Assembly (NCBI GenBank): GCA_042408215.1
Contig: JAYFMW010000027.1
Coordinates: 1 to 64,000 of the forward strand
DNA length: 64,000 nucleotides
Direction: 5' to 3'
Source of the DNA: Microcoleus sp.
Lineage (GTDB): Bacteria; Cyanobacteriota; Cyanobacteriia; Cyanobacteriales; Microcoleaceae
Every line of letters begins with the position of its first letter. Position 1 is the stretch's first letter. The position numbers were made by a program, and so were the translations under genes. Of this stretch, positions 30,448-40,565 are shown piece after piece. The notes beneath the pieces are model-generated. The model was not told the origin of the DNA. It worked only from the letters and a program-made list of their open reading frames with translations, and ran no database searches.

Positions 30448-31064
30448 AAGTTTACCTCAGAAATGGATATTGTTTGAATTGGAAACCGATGCTATCGATA
30501 CCGTAGGGTGCGTCGCTATCGACTATCTATCCATAAACTCGAAAATCTCGCAGCGACGCACCCTACAAGATTATAAACCGATCGCACAAAACGCTCCCCA
30601 ATGATCGACATCGCCGTAGGGTTTTACGGTCAGTTTGTAACGTCCTAGATATTCTGTAATATCTTCTTTTTGCTCTCCATCGAAACTCTCCGAACCTTCC
30701 ACCCATTCTAGCAAATCTGAAGTAGTAGCAGACTTAAACCAGCGCTGGGTATCATGGAGCGCTTGACCAATGCTAACTCCAGGTTTTAGTACCTCATAGA
30801 ATTTTACCATCATCAAGGCAGTCGAGAGGTCATTCACAGCCCAAAGACTGGCCAAAGTTCCCATTGCTCCCGCGTAGAGAAATCCCGTCGGTAATCCAAT
30901 ATAATCGGAGCGATTCTGCGTATCAATTAGCGCGGTTTCGCAGGCGGAAAGCACGACTAGGCGGCACTGTTTGAATCGCAGTCCGAAAATTTCAGCCAAA
31001 GTCAGGCATTTGTCAATATCCGCTGTTTTGCCTTCGCGCCATTCCACATAACGCTGTGATGCGC

Positions 31065-32700
31065 CTAAATCTGATCCCCCTAAATCCCCCTTAAGAAGGG
31101 GGACTTTGATAACTTCTTGCTCCTCCCTTACCAAGGGGGGCTGGGGGGGTTCTCCGGGTTCGACAAGAGGTACTTTGATCTCTTCTTGCTCCCCTAAATC
31201 TGATCCCCCTAAATCCCCCTTAAGAAGGGGGACTTTGATAACTTCTTGCTCCTCCCTTACCAAGGGGGGCTGGGGGGGTTCTCCGGGTTCGACAAGAGGT
31301 ACTTTGATCTCTTCTTGCTCCCCTAAATCTGATCCCCCTAAATCCCCCTTAAGAAGGGGGACTTTGATAACTTCTTGCTCCTCCCTTACCAAGGGGGGCT
31401 GGGGGGGTTCTCCGGGTTCGACAAGAGGTACTTTGATCTCTTCTTGCTCCCCTAAATCTGATCCCCCTAAATCCCCCTTAAGAAGGGGGACTTTGATAAC
31501 TTCTTGCTCCTCCCTTACCAAGGGGGGCTGGGGGGGTTCTCCGGGTTCGACAAGAGGTACTTTGATCTCTTCTTGCTCCCCTAAATCTGATCCCCCTAAA
31601 TCCCCCTTAAGAAGGGGGACTTTGATAACTTCTTGCTCCTCCCTTACCAAGGGGGGCTGGGGGGGTTCTCCGGGTTCGACAAGAGGTGCTTTGATCTCTT
31701 CTTGCTCCCCTAAATTCGATCCCCCTAAATCCCCCTTAAGAAGGGGGACTTTGATAACTTCTTGCTCCTCCCTTACCAAGGGGGGCTGGGGGGGTTCTCC
31801 GGGTTCGACAAGAGGTGCTTTGATCTCTTCTTGCTCCCCTAAATTCGATCCCCCTAAATCCCCCTTAAGAAGGGGGACTTTGATAACTTCTTGCTCCTCC
31901 CTTACCAAGGGGGGCTGGGGGGGTTCTCCGGGTTCGACAAGAGGTGCTTTGATCTCTTCTTGCTCCCCTAAATTCGATCCCCCTAAATCCCCCTTAAGAA
32001 GGGGGACTTTGATAACTTCTTGCTCCTCCCTTACCAAGGGGGGCTGGGGGGGTTCTCCGGGTTCGACAAGAGGTGCTTTGATCTCTTCTTGCTCCCCTAA
32101 ATTCGATCCCCCTAAATCCCCCTTAAGAAGGGGGACTTTGATAACTTCTTGCTCCTCCCTTACCAAGGGGGGCTGGGGGGGTTCTCCGGGTTCGACAAGA
32201 GGTGCTTTGATCTCTTCTTGCTCCCCTAAATTCGATCCCCCTAAATCCCCCTTAAGAAGGGGGACTTTGATAACTTCTTGCTCCTCCCTTACCAAGGGGG
32301 GCTGGGGGGGTTCTCCGGGTTCGACAAGAGGTGCTTTGATCTCTTCTTGCTCCCCTAAATTCGATCCCCCTAAATCCCCCTTAAGAAGGGGGACTTTGAT
32401 AACTTCTTGCTCCTCCCTTACCAAGGGGGGCTGGGGGGGTTCTCCGGGTTCGACAAGAGGTGCTTTGATCTCTTCTTGCTCCCCTAAATTCGATCCCCCT
32501 AAATCCCCCTTAAGAAGGGGGACTTTGATAACTTCTTGCTCCTCCCTTACCAAGGGGGGCTGGGGGGGTTCTCCGGGTTCGACAAGAGGTGCTTTGATCT
32601 CTTCTTGCTCCCCTAAATTCGATCCCCCTAAATCCCCCTTAAGAAGGGGGACTTTGATAACTTCTTGCTCCCCCCTTAGCAAGGGGGGCTGGGGGGGTTC
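31065..32700. repeat. 129-bp tandem array, 12 full units plus one partial, in frame in the CHAT domain
   Basis: taaatcccccttaagaagg recurs at 31081+129n up to 32629; 43-aa protein repeat. Confidence 0.97.
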
Positions 32701-33921
32701 TTCGATGATACCCCCAGACAAAATCAAAAACGACTTCAACGGATCATCAGCATTAAACGAGCCGTGACAGGAAAAGTGCGCGCAATGAGCATTTTCTAAC
32801 TGCTCTAAATACTGTTCCAAAAGATTAGTTTTACTCGCTTCCGAGCCCGGAAGAACTTCCCTCATCGCGAATTAGGGGGCGATGCTGGCCACTTCTAAAT
32901 CGGTGTAGGGAAGATCCGAGGTGGGGTTTTGCAGGGCGAGGAGTTGGTCAAAATTTGGGTGGATTGTAATCTGTTGCAGGAGTTGGCAACTGGGGCTGTA
33001 TTGAATCCCTTGGGTGAATCTATCTAACAAGAATTCGTCGTCGGTTAGGGGTAGGGCGTGGAGGGGGAACAGGTGCAGCAACCAGTGGGGAATTAGGATT
33101 AAGCGCGTACTTTTTGTGGGCAGAATTGTGGTGATTTGGAGGATTTCGGCAAGACGCTGGAGATAGTCGGAGAGTTGGGTTTTCCAGTGGGTTTTGCTTT
33201 GTTTGTAGTCGGCCCGGTAGTCGTTAACTAAATCGATTAATTCATCGCATTGACGGTTGCGATGCACTGTCAGCACGTCGGGATATGTGACGACAAAGGT
33301 GCTGATTTCTTTGTCGGTGATGTACCACTCTATTAAGGCGGTGTCTGGGGTGAGGAGTTGGGTAATTTCGGTGAAAGTAATGGGTTTTAGGACTTCGGGG
33401 GTTTCCTGTTTTTGGGCGATGACTTCGGCAAGGTTGCGGGCTTTGTTGGCTTCGGCATATAAGAGTGCTTCTTGGTTGCTTTTGCGATCGAGGCATACTT
33501 GCACCATACCCATGTAGAGCCTATCCCACTCCAAATCGTGTTTTTGCTTGGTTTCATCCTCCGATTTTAACTCTCGTAATTTGGAGGCTCCGGTTATGGC
33601 ATTTTTAAAGGTATTGTAGGCACTTTGGAGAGTTGCTGCTTTTTGGTTTGTGTCTTCTGGTTGTTCTTGGTTGATGTAGTCTAGTTTTGCCAGATAATTC
33701 CAGCCCAGGTTATTTAAGGTTTCTATGTTTCCTAATGGGAAATCTTCAAAGGTACGAACTGTTAAAGCAGCGTCATAAAAGCCGATCGAGTTTTTTGGGG
33801 GGATTTTCGGTTGACTCGGCGAGGTAGCCGGCGATCGCCCTGGTGCTAGTTAAGTAGGGTTGCTAAACTAGGAGGCTAGATACTATCATATTGAATAGAT
33901 AATGTTTGGTGGACATTCAAA

Positions 33922-34245
33922 ATGACTATTTTTTTACCTTTGTTACAATTTAATAACTTGACAGGACTAGGTTTATTCGCGACACTATGCCACAGCCCTA
34001 ATCTAATGGAGTCTATGCTGATTGTCGCCGCAGTAACAGGAATGGTGGGAGGGCTGGTAGTTTTGGTTCCAGCTAGTGCAGTTACAATGGTATTTATGGC
34101 AACCACAATCGTACAGATGATTATGACTGGTGCAACACTTGAATCCATAGCGGGTGCAATAGCAGCACAGTTAGGGGCTGTTGCTATGTCTTTGGGATTG
34201 GTGTCACAGCTTGTAGAGCAGATTAAGGGGATTATGGGATGCTAG
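33922..34245 (+). CDS. small, very hydrophobic hypothetical protein inserted antisense in the CHAT gene
   Basis: 107 aa, Ala/Gly/Val/Met-rich, very few charged residues. Confidence 0.6.
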   Translation: MTIFLPLLQFNNLTGLGLFATLCHSPNLMESMLIVAAVTGMVGGLVVLVPASAVTMVFMATTIVQMIMTGATLESIAGAIAAQLGAVAMSLGLVSQLVEQIKGIMGC

Positions 34246-35321
34246 ACAATTTTGTAAGGAGTGTAATATGCGATCGCCCGTTCGATATTCTCAGCTTTCT
34301 TTCCCCTGATTCTGTTACTATAGGCAACTGCCAGATTATTTTGCGTCGTTGGCCATTGTTCGGGAAAGGCATCGCGGCTGCCGACTTCTAAGGCCACCGT
34401 GTAAAATGCGATCGTCCGTTACAGATTTTCCGCCAGCGAACCGTTGATTCTGTTATTGTAGGCAATAGCCAGATTATTTTGAGTTTGCGTCCATTTTTCG
34501 CTCCCCGATTCCCGATTATTTAAAACTATTTGATAACCAGTAATGGCAATTTCAATATTATTCGCTCTATTCCCACGGGGAAAGTTATTAATACGAATAC
34601 TCAAATTTTCAATGAGTGCAACAATTGAGCTAATTGTTTCTGCATTTTCGCCATCAAGTAACCTCTGGGCTACTTGCTGTAAAGTCTCAGCAAAACGGGC
34701 ATTGAGGAGATGTTGCCGTTGAGCGAGCATAGTGTAAATTACTTTAACATCGCCCTTACTAGCTTGTTCTGCTTGCAATAATTATAGGAAAAACTTGGCA
34801 TACTCTTGGGGATTTTCACCTTGAGAGTTATTGCTATCTCCGCCATCATTCATATCGATGAATTGCCCTAGCTGACTGACCAGATTTCGGAGGAAATTAG
34901 CGCCATTCTCGCCTCCTTGTGCTGCCAACTTTGCCACTACTGACTCGCAAGTTTCCAGAAATCCGCGATCCAATAATTCTGAGTTATCCTGTAATATCTG
35001 CGGTTCGTCTCCGTTGGGGCAATTCAGCAGGGTGTGAATTAATTGGAGATAGGCTTCGGCGCGGTTTTCTTCCATTGTGGGGAGTTGTGAATAACACCGG
35101 GATTTATTTTACCATGATTGGTGGGTGGCCAGAAACCGGGTTTTTGCGAGAATATTTTGTGACAGGCGAAGAGATTGGGAAAAACCCGGTTTCTTTGATC
35201 CTGCGCGAGTGCCCAGAAACCGGGTTTTTGCGAGAATATTTCGTGACAGGCGAAGAGATGGGAAAAAACCCGGTTTCTAAAGATTGTGCGCGGGTGCCCA
35301 GAAACCTCGTTAGCCCGATAG

Positions 35322-35457
35322 TCCGCCAGGGGTTGAAACCCCTGTCTCATAGCAAAAGTCCTCGGTCGAGGACTAAAGAGTTTTTTATTTTTATCTCGGA
35401 TTTTCAGTCGGTTGAAACCGACTTTCGCTATTAGCCAGGGGTTTCAACCCTTGGCGG
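35322..35457. repeat. REPIN-like long inverted repeat
   Basis: ccgccaggggttgaaacccctg...ccaggggtttcaacccttggcgg; related gttgaaacc elements at about 58706-58770 and 60494-60632. Confidence 0.7.
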
Positions 35458-35975
35458 ATGTGTGCGACACCACCGACAGACATCGATGAGCAAATCTCAT
35501 TTTCCGGTACAGATATTACGATAAACCCCTCTCTATTATTGTCCCATTTCAAGTTATTTTTGATATGAGAAATGCACTCAAAAACATTCTTTTGGTATAG
35601 ACTATCTATGCGATCGCAGTGCCCTTTAAATATCACCACCCATTGAGATTGCTCAGTCAGAATCAACTTGAGAAATTCATCAAAACTTTTGCCGTCCCAA
35701 TCTATCTCGGAACCATTTACCTCGGATTCTAATAAGTCTAATCCTTGACCTTGCACCGAAAAATTTAGCCATTGCATACTTCCATAAGCGGGGGGTAAGC
35801 GCTTGATTATATGGGGCGGAATTTCCCGCTCTACTAATTTTATATATTTGCCCCAAAGGTAATATTTTTCACCTTGGGGATATTCTACATCACCCCAAGT
35901 AAAGGTTTCCTGATGAGCTTCTAAATACTCAAGAGTCTGTCTTGTCGAAAGCAATATTTCAAAACAGGCATCCAT
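35391..35975 (-). CDS. hypothetical protein, possible immunity protein
   Basis: 194 aa, acidic/aromatic, RBS AGGAG, directly after a toxin-like pseudogene; tail read from the repeat. Confidence 0.6.
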   Translation of the reverse strand: MDACFEILLSTRQTLEYLEAHQETFTWGDVEYPQGEKYYLWGKYIKLVEREIPPHIIKRLPPAYGSMQWLNFSVQGQGLDLLESEVNGSEIDWDGKSFDEFLKLILTEQSQWVVIFKGHCDRIDSLYQKNVFECISHIKNNLKWDNNREGFIVISVPENEICSSMSVGGVAHIRQGLKPLANSESRFQPTENPR

Positions 35976-35989
35976 AATTTCTCCTTTAC

Positions 35990-36343
35990 TTAATCAACAT
36001 CTCTGCGATACCACCAAAATTTTTGTAATCCACATTCCCATCTTTTCTGTTCCCAATTGTAGCGGAATTCGTGGATATGGGGGTTAGGATGATCGGATGG
36101 GCGATCGCGATCTGTCCAATCTACTCTACCCCAAGGTACATCATAGCCATTAGCTTTCGGCCAAGTTAATGAAGGAAAGGTTGCTGACTGCCGGTAACAA
36201 ATATTATCACTGACCTATCTTCTTCCAAGTGTTGTATGGGGTTGTCCTTCTGCGAGTGGATCTGGTAAGGGAATATCCTCTCCCTTTATTGTTTGCTGTG
36301 TCCGAGAAAATTCTGGTATATAATACTCGCTGTTTGTTGACAG
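35990..36343 (-). pseudogene. polymorphic-toxin-like small protein with internal TAG
   Basis: Hand translation ...PLPDPLAEGQPHTTLGRR*VSDNICYRQSATF...GRVDWTDRDRPSDHPNPHIHEF...; AGGAG upstream of a CTG; stop at 36215-36217. Confidence 0.55.
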
Positions 36344-36429
36344 AAAATTCTCCTTTTAATTATTGATTGTAACCTAATAAAATAGAGTTTCCAGATTATT
36401 AGGCTCATTATTTACTATAGCCATCACAA

Positions 36430-36888
36430 TTAATCCATCCTATTGTCGATCGCATTCTCAGATTGCAGAGGACGCTCAATTTCATCAGGATCGAGGATCG
36501 CTTCATCATCCTCATCCAAGTCGAAATTCTCTGGAACTAATCGATCGAAGCTATTGCGGGTAGGAAGCTCGGGGAAGTCTCCCAGCATAGCAACCGCTTC
36601 AGCAAGTAGATTAAGATTCTCAGGATCGGGGTGTTTTTGTGCCGCACGCACAGCCAAGATGACGACACGCAATCCTCCCCTTAGCCGATCGACATCACGG
36701 GCTAGTCCATACATTCCTTGAAAGTCACGTTCCTCAATAATGCGGTACTGTCCTGTTTTTGTCTGGAGAGTCGCGATCTCACCATTGGCGATCGAACTGA
36801 GTGCTTCTGCGCCCTGCAAACGAAACTTCTCAAACGATGTCCAGTTTGCACCGCTTCGCAACCTAAATTTTTTATTTGTAATCTGCAT
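36430..36888 (-). CDS. hypothetical protein
   Basis: 152 aa, RBS GAGG, acidic tail. Confidence 0.65.
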   Translation of the reverse strand: MQITNKKFRLRSGANWTSFEKFRLQGAEALSSIANGEIATLQTKTGQYRIIEERDFQGMYGLARDVDRLRGGLRVVILAVRAAQKHPDPENLNLLAEAVAMLGDFPELPTRNSFDRLVPENFDLDEDDEAILDPDEIERPLQSENAIDNRMD

Positions 36889-37122
36889 AGTTTCACCTCT
36901 TTACCATATCCTAACGTAAACCCAACGAAAAAACAACGGCTATTGATTTTGATGGGTGGGTGGTCAGAAACCGGGTTTTTTCGAGATACTTCTTTACTGT
37001 CGGCAAAAATCGTAAAAACCCGGTTTCTTTGGTATTAGTTGCTATAATGTAGACACTCTGTATATACATCCTTAAAAAAGGTGAATTCCTCAGAGTAATA
37101 TCACTACCTAGAGGTTCGGGTT

Positions 37123-37365
37123 ATGGTTGGGACGATCGCAAAGTGGGGAAACAGTCTTGCTGTTCGGATTCCACAGCATTTAGCTAAAGAGATTAACTTA
37201 GCCGAAGGTTCCCAAGTGCAGCTTGTGTTGATAGATGGTAAGCTAACAATCGAGCCGATAACTCGTCGGCGATATTCCCTTGAGGAGTTAGTTGAAGCGA
37301 TTACCCCAGAAAATCTTCATACTGAGATTGATAGTGGAGTTGCTGTGGGGAATGAAGTTTGGTGA
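37123..37365 (+). CDS. mazE: AbrB/MazE-family antitoxin
   Basis: KWGNSLAVRIP...YSLEELV..ITPENLH.EID.G..VGNEVW. Confidence 0.9.
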   Translation: MVGTIAKWGNSLAVRIPQHLAKEINLAEGSQVQLVLIDGKLTIEPITRRRYSLEELVEAITPENLHTEIDSGVAVGNEVW

Positions 37366-37395
37366 CACAATCAAATCCCTATTAGATACACCACT

Positions 37396-37674
37396 TTATA
37401 CTTCTTGTAAAATCCGACTATTCAAACGCTCATATTCATCCTCTAGCAGCCACATCTTAGCAGCTTCGTAATTGTCACTGGTGAAAATAACTTGATAATT
37501 TTGTGCCGGGTTATGGATACAAAATCTCCCGGAAATCTCCTTAACTAACATCAGGATATAAGGAGGAGATATCAGAGTATCCGCCCAGATTTCCGCAAAC
37601 TCCCACTCAGTCTCTTGCTCTGATTCTTGACTGATTTTAGTAGCTTGTGCGGGGTTTTGTGCGAGGTATGACAT
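37396..37674 (-). CDS. small acidic hypothetical protein, possible immunity protein
   Basis: Overlaps the upstream toxin-like gene; YEAAKMWLLEDEYE. Confidence 0.6.
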   Translation of the reverse strand: MSYLAQNPAQATKISQESEQETEWEFAEIWADTLISPPYILMLVKEISGRFCIHNPAQNYQVIFTSDNYEAAKMWLLEDEYERLNSRILQEV

Positions 37675-37996
37675 GGTATTTACCTGTAGTTTTTTTAATC
37701 TTTATTTCACCGTAATTTAGTGGTATCTGAGTACCGTCTGCTTTCAGTATATAACCAATTGGTTCTGAAAAGTACAATCCATAGCGTTCATAATTGTCCT
37801 CTACATCGTCCTCTCCTGTGCGTTCCCCTCTTAGCTTAATTTCTGCGGCTACTCTTTCCATTGTTTCTCTATCATTAAAGAGATGGACGATTCCTTCGCT
37901 TTCAAATTCGCTTTGGGCTTTTTGGCTTCCGGGAAGATGTTTATCAATGAGACTGGTTCTAGTTTCTAAAGTAAGTTCACGGTCAACTCCACTCAT
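37637..37996 (-). CDS. small hypothetical protein, RNase-toxin-like
   Basis: N-terminal KH, EPIGY, C-terminal YHVIP; pattern reminiscent of Ntox50-like toxin tips. Confidence 0.55.
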   Translation of the reverse strand: MSGVDRELTLETRTSLIDKHLPGSQKAQSEFESEGIVHLFNDRETMERVAAEIKLRGERTGEDDVEDNYERYGLYFSEPIGYILKADGTQIPLNYGEIKIKKTTGKYHVIPRTKPRTSY

Positions 37997-38150
37997 AGCT
38001 CTATTCTATCTTAATGATATACCATTCATCGATGAATTTAGTTTAGTCTTGGAAGCACGGGTGGCCAGAAACCGGGTTTTTGCGACAGATTTGGTGAAAG
38101 TGCAAAGATTTGGGAAAAAACCCGGTTTCTTTGATAGTGGGTGTACAAAC

Positions 38151-39422
38151 CTAATTTTGTGCTAATTCCGGTGGCCGCCCCATCAAACCGGTCATCAGCC
38201 GCAAAGCCAAAAACCTAACTGGCGGAATTGTTCGCAAACACCACAATCCGAAGCGGCGAAATGCTACAATTGGTAGCCAAGTATTAGAAAATAATCTGTC
38301 TAGAAAATCGGTAAATCCTAACACGATTAAATTCTCTTTTTTCCGCCAGTTTTGATACCGTTTTAATACTCGCAAATCGCCGATATCTTCGCCTTTGTGG
38401 TGGGCTTGTTGCAAGATTTGGGCGATCGCCCCAGCGTCTCGAATGCCCATATTTAATCCCTGGCCGCCCACGGGATGGCAGCAGTGGGCCGCATCGCCAA
38501 TTAGTGCTAATCTCGGTAAGGCGTAGCGATCGCTCTGCATTAACTGTACCGGAAATAAAAAGCGATCGCTCTCCAATTCCAAATTCCCCAAAAGCCCACC
38601 CGTGCGCTGTTTCAACAAAGCTAAAAATTCTTTTTCGTCCAACTCCTGCAAAGCTTTTGCTTCCGCGTGGGGTGCTGTCCAAACTACTTGACAACGGTTC
38701 CCTGGTAATGGTAATACTCCCATCGGGCCGCTGGGCCAAAATCGCTCAAAGGCGATATTTTTGTGCGGTTTTTCTGCTTTAATGGTGATAGCAAGGCAGG
38801 ATTGCCAGTATTTCCAGCCGCGAGTGCTGATGTTGGCGGATGTCCGAATGCGCGATCGCGAACCGTCGGCGGCAACTAATAATTTAGTACGAATTGTCCG
38901 AGTTTCGCCGTTTTGTTTGATGGAAATTTCGGCGCAATTAGTTAAATATTTGACCTCGACTACTTCCGCCGGACAAACCCAAGTAAAATTCGGGTTTTTT
39001 GCCAAACATTCGTGCAAAGCTGACAGCATGACTCGGTGTTCGCCGACATAACCTAAAGCGGCTTTTGGTACGGGTAATTTGCCAGTATTTCCCAAGTCTG
39101 GGCGGTGGAATTCGACGACACCGGGATAGTCGCCGTCGCAGAGGCTAATTTGCTCGAAGGTGGTAATTTGGGGTAAGATTTGCTCCCACACGCCGATACC
39201 TTCTAAGATCATTCCTGACAGCAAGGTGATTGCGTAAGCTTGTTTTTTGGCTGCTGCTATTGCGGGGAGTTGGGTTTCAACGATCGCTATTTTTAAGCCT
39301 GAATCTTTTAAGGCGCTGGCTAAGGTGGCCCCGACTATGCCGCCGCCGACTATGGCGATGTCAAAATCGAATTCCGCTGTTTGGAGGGGGGCTGTTGTTG
39401 GAGAAAGTTGGTTTACAGGCAT
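38151..39422 (-). CDS. FAD-dependent hydroxylase, UbiH/COQ6 family
   Basis: GGGIVG, LVAADG.RS.IR, IGDAAH..HPVGGQGLNMGIRD. Confidence 0.92.
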   Translation of the reverse strand: MPVNQLSPTTAPLQTAEFDFDIAIVGGGIVGATLASALKDSGLKIAIVETQLPAIAAAKKQAYAITLLSGMILEGIGVWEQILPQITTFEQISLCDGDYPGVVEFHRPDLGNTGKLPVPKAALGYVGEHRVMLSALHECLAKNPNFTWVCPAEVVEVKYLTNCAEISIKQNGETRTIRTKLLVAADGSRSRIRTSANISTRGWKYWQSCLAITIKAEKPHKNIAFERFWPSGPMGVLPLPGNRCQVVWTAPHAEAKALQELDEKEFLALLKQRTGGLLGNLELESDRFLFPVQLMQSDRYALPRLALIGDAAHCCHPVGGQGLNMGIRDAGAIAQILQQAHHKGEDIGDLRVLKRYQNWRKKENLIVLGFTDFLDRLFSNTWLPIVAFRRFGLWCLRTIPPVRFLALRLMTGLMGRPPELAQN

Positions 39423-39519
39423 TTTTAAGGAAGGTTGTTTAAGTCAATAGGTACTGTTACTCTCTTATTGTAAAGAATTATTGCGGTTTGGGGCGATCGA
39501 GAAACAGAGCCTCTGGATA

Positions 39520-39683
39520 TGGGTTCCTAGGTAACCCGCTACCTGTGGTGCTGCCATAGATGTGCCACTTATGGTTTCATAGGTGTAGTGGCTTTAGTTT
39601 TGAATGCCAATCTGACTTTGACTCGGGCTCAAGTAGAGTACATTTTGACGACAACAGCTAATCGAAATGGGGTGACAATATAG
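39520..39683. pseudogene. subtilisin (S8) C-terminal remnant with an internal micro-inversion
   Basis: YETISGTSMAAPQVAG on the minus strand (about 39533-39581); VVALVLNANLTLTRAQVEYILTTTAN on the plus strand directly after. Confidence 0.7.
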
Positions 39684-39899
39684 CATTTATCGGGTAAATT
39701 GAGAACCGCTAGAGTCGGGGCAATTTACCTGTGATATTGGTGTCAACAAAAACGAATCATTTGTTAAAGACGAAAGTTTGTGTAGTAGGGGCAATCCCCC
39801 GTGGCGGTAGGCGCCCTTCGACTACGCTCAGGAACCGCGAAGCGTCGAACGCTCGCGTAGTCGAAGGGTCGAACCATTGCCCCAATTTCAACCGCCGAT

Positions 39900-40565
39900 T
39901 TAATTCTTAATCTTATTCACATAGCCCCACAAACTATAATCTCGACTCAACCATCCCCGGAAAAATGCCATCTGACTCGGATCTTCTTGCACCCGTTTGT
40001 AACGATAAATAATCCGTTCGTTAATCATTTGCAACGCTGTATTTCTGTTATTTGCCGCTTTCAGCGCTTCCTTGGTTGGGGCATCAAAAACTCCCGTTTG
40101 TGGCAATCCTAATGCTTGCTGAAGAAACGTAATCGAGTTATTAATTCCAAAATTAACTGCTGTATCAAACATGACGATCGCCAAAGCTGGCTGCATTGTA
40201 CCGGAAAGGCTCGAATCCCAGTAATATTGATAAATTTCTAGGAGCTCTGATTCCGACATCTGCGTCACGTCGAGGGGTGGTAGCCCGCGACTGTATCGGT
40301 AAGCATTGTATTCGGTTTGCAGAATCCCTCGATAAGTTCTGCCGCCCTTGTCTGCGGGGTGATCGCTGAATCCGCCCTCAAAATATAGGGTAAAATAAAG
40401 GGCAGTTTGAAATAATTTCTGCCGAAAGTTGGCTGTCTGCTGCTGTGCGAGAGTCTTTTGGGCAAAGGGTAAGGGGATTGCCAAGCTTAACAAGAGTATC
40501 CCCAGCAGGAGGTTTGGTTTCCACTTGATTTTAAGTTGGCGCTGTGTCGGTTGCTTGTCGCTCAT
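39900..40565 (-). CDS. glycoside hydrolase family 108 (lysozyme-like) secreted protein
   Basis: EGGFSDHPADKGG.T..GI, FDTAVNFG, LQQALG, F.RGWLSR; signal peptide. Confidence 0.9.
   Translation of the reverse strand: MSDKQPTQRQLKIKWKPNLLLGILLLSLAIPLPFAQKTLAQQQTANFRQKLFQTALYFTLYFEGGFSDHPADKGGRTYRGILQTEYNAYRYSRGLPPLDVTQMSESELLEIYQYYWDSSLSGTMQPALAIVMFDTAVNFGINNSITFLQQALGLPQTGVFDAPTKEALKAANNRNTALQMINERIIYRYKRVQEDPSQMAFFRGWLSRDYSLWGYVNKIKN

Larger units (their letters stand above)
30571..35075 (-). pseudogene. TPR-CHAT (caspase-like peptidase) gene in several pieces
   Basis: N-terminal MEENRAEAYLQLI; TPR-like TQNNLAIAY.NRI.G..AEN repeats; CHAT motifs LILIPH.LLHLFPLHAL, HFSCHG, VVLSACET, LASLWAVND, WGAF; stops near 34782, 34419 and 32872; insertion at 33789-34270. 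Confidence 0.85.

Noticed and set aside
31065..32700. 129-bp palindromic array as CRISPR
   Set aside because: The inter-palindrome sequences are identical between units, and the array is in frame within a protein-coding gene.
31106..32767. 553-aa plus-strand ORF
   Set aside because: Antisense shadow of the stop-free tandem repeat; no independent domain or start context.
27291..38100. A single integrative element at tRNA-Leu
   Set aside because: No integrase and no tRNA 3' duplication seen; better described as an accumulation of small cassettes.
39900..40565. GH108 lysozyme as evidence of a prophage
   Set aside because: Has a signal peptide, and no phage structural, terminase or integrase genes are nearby.
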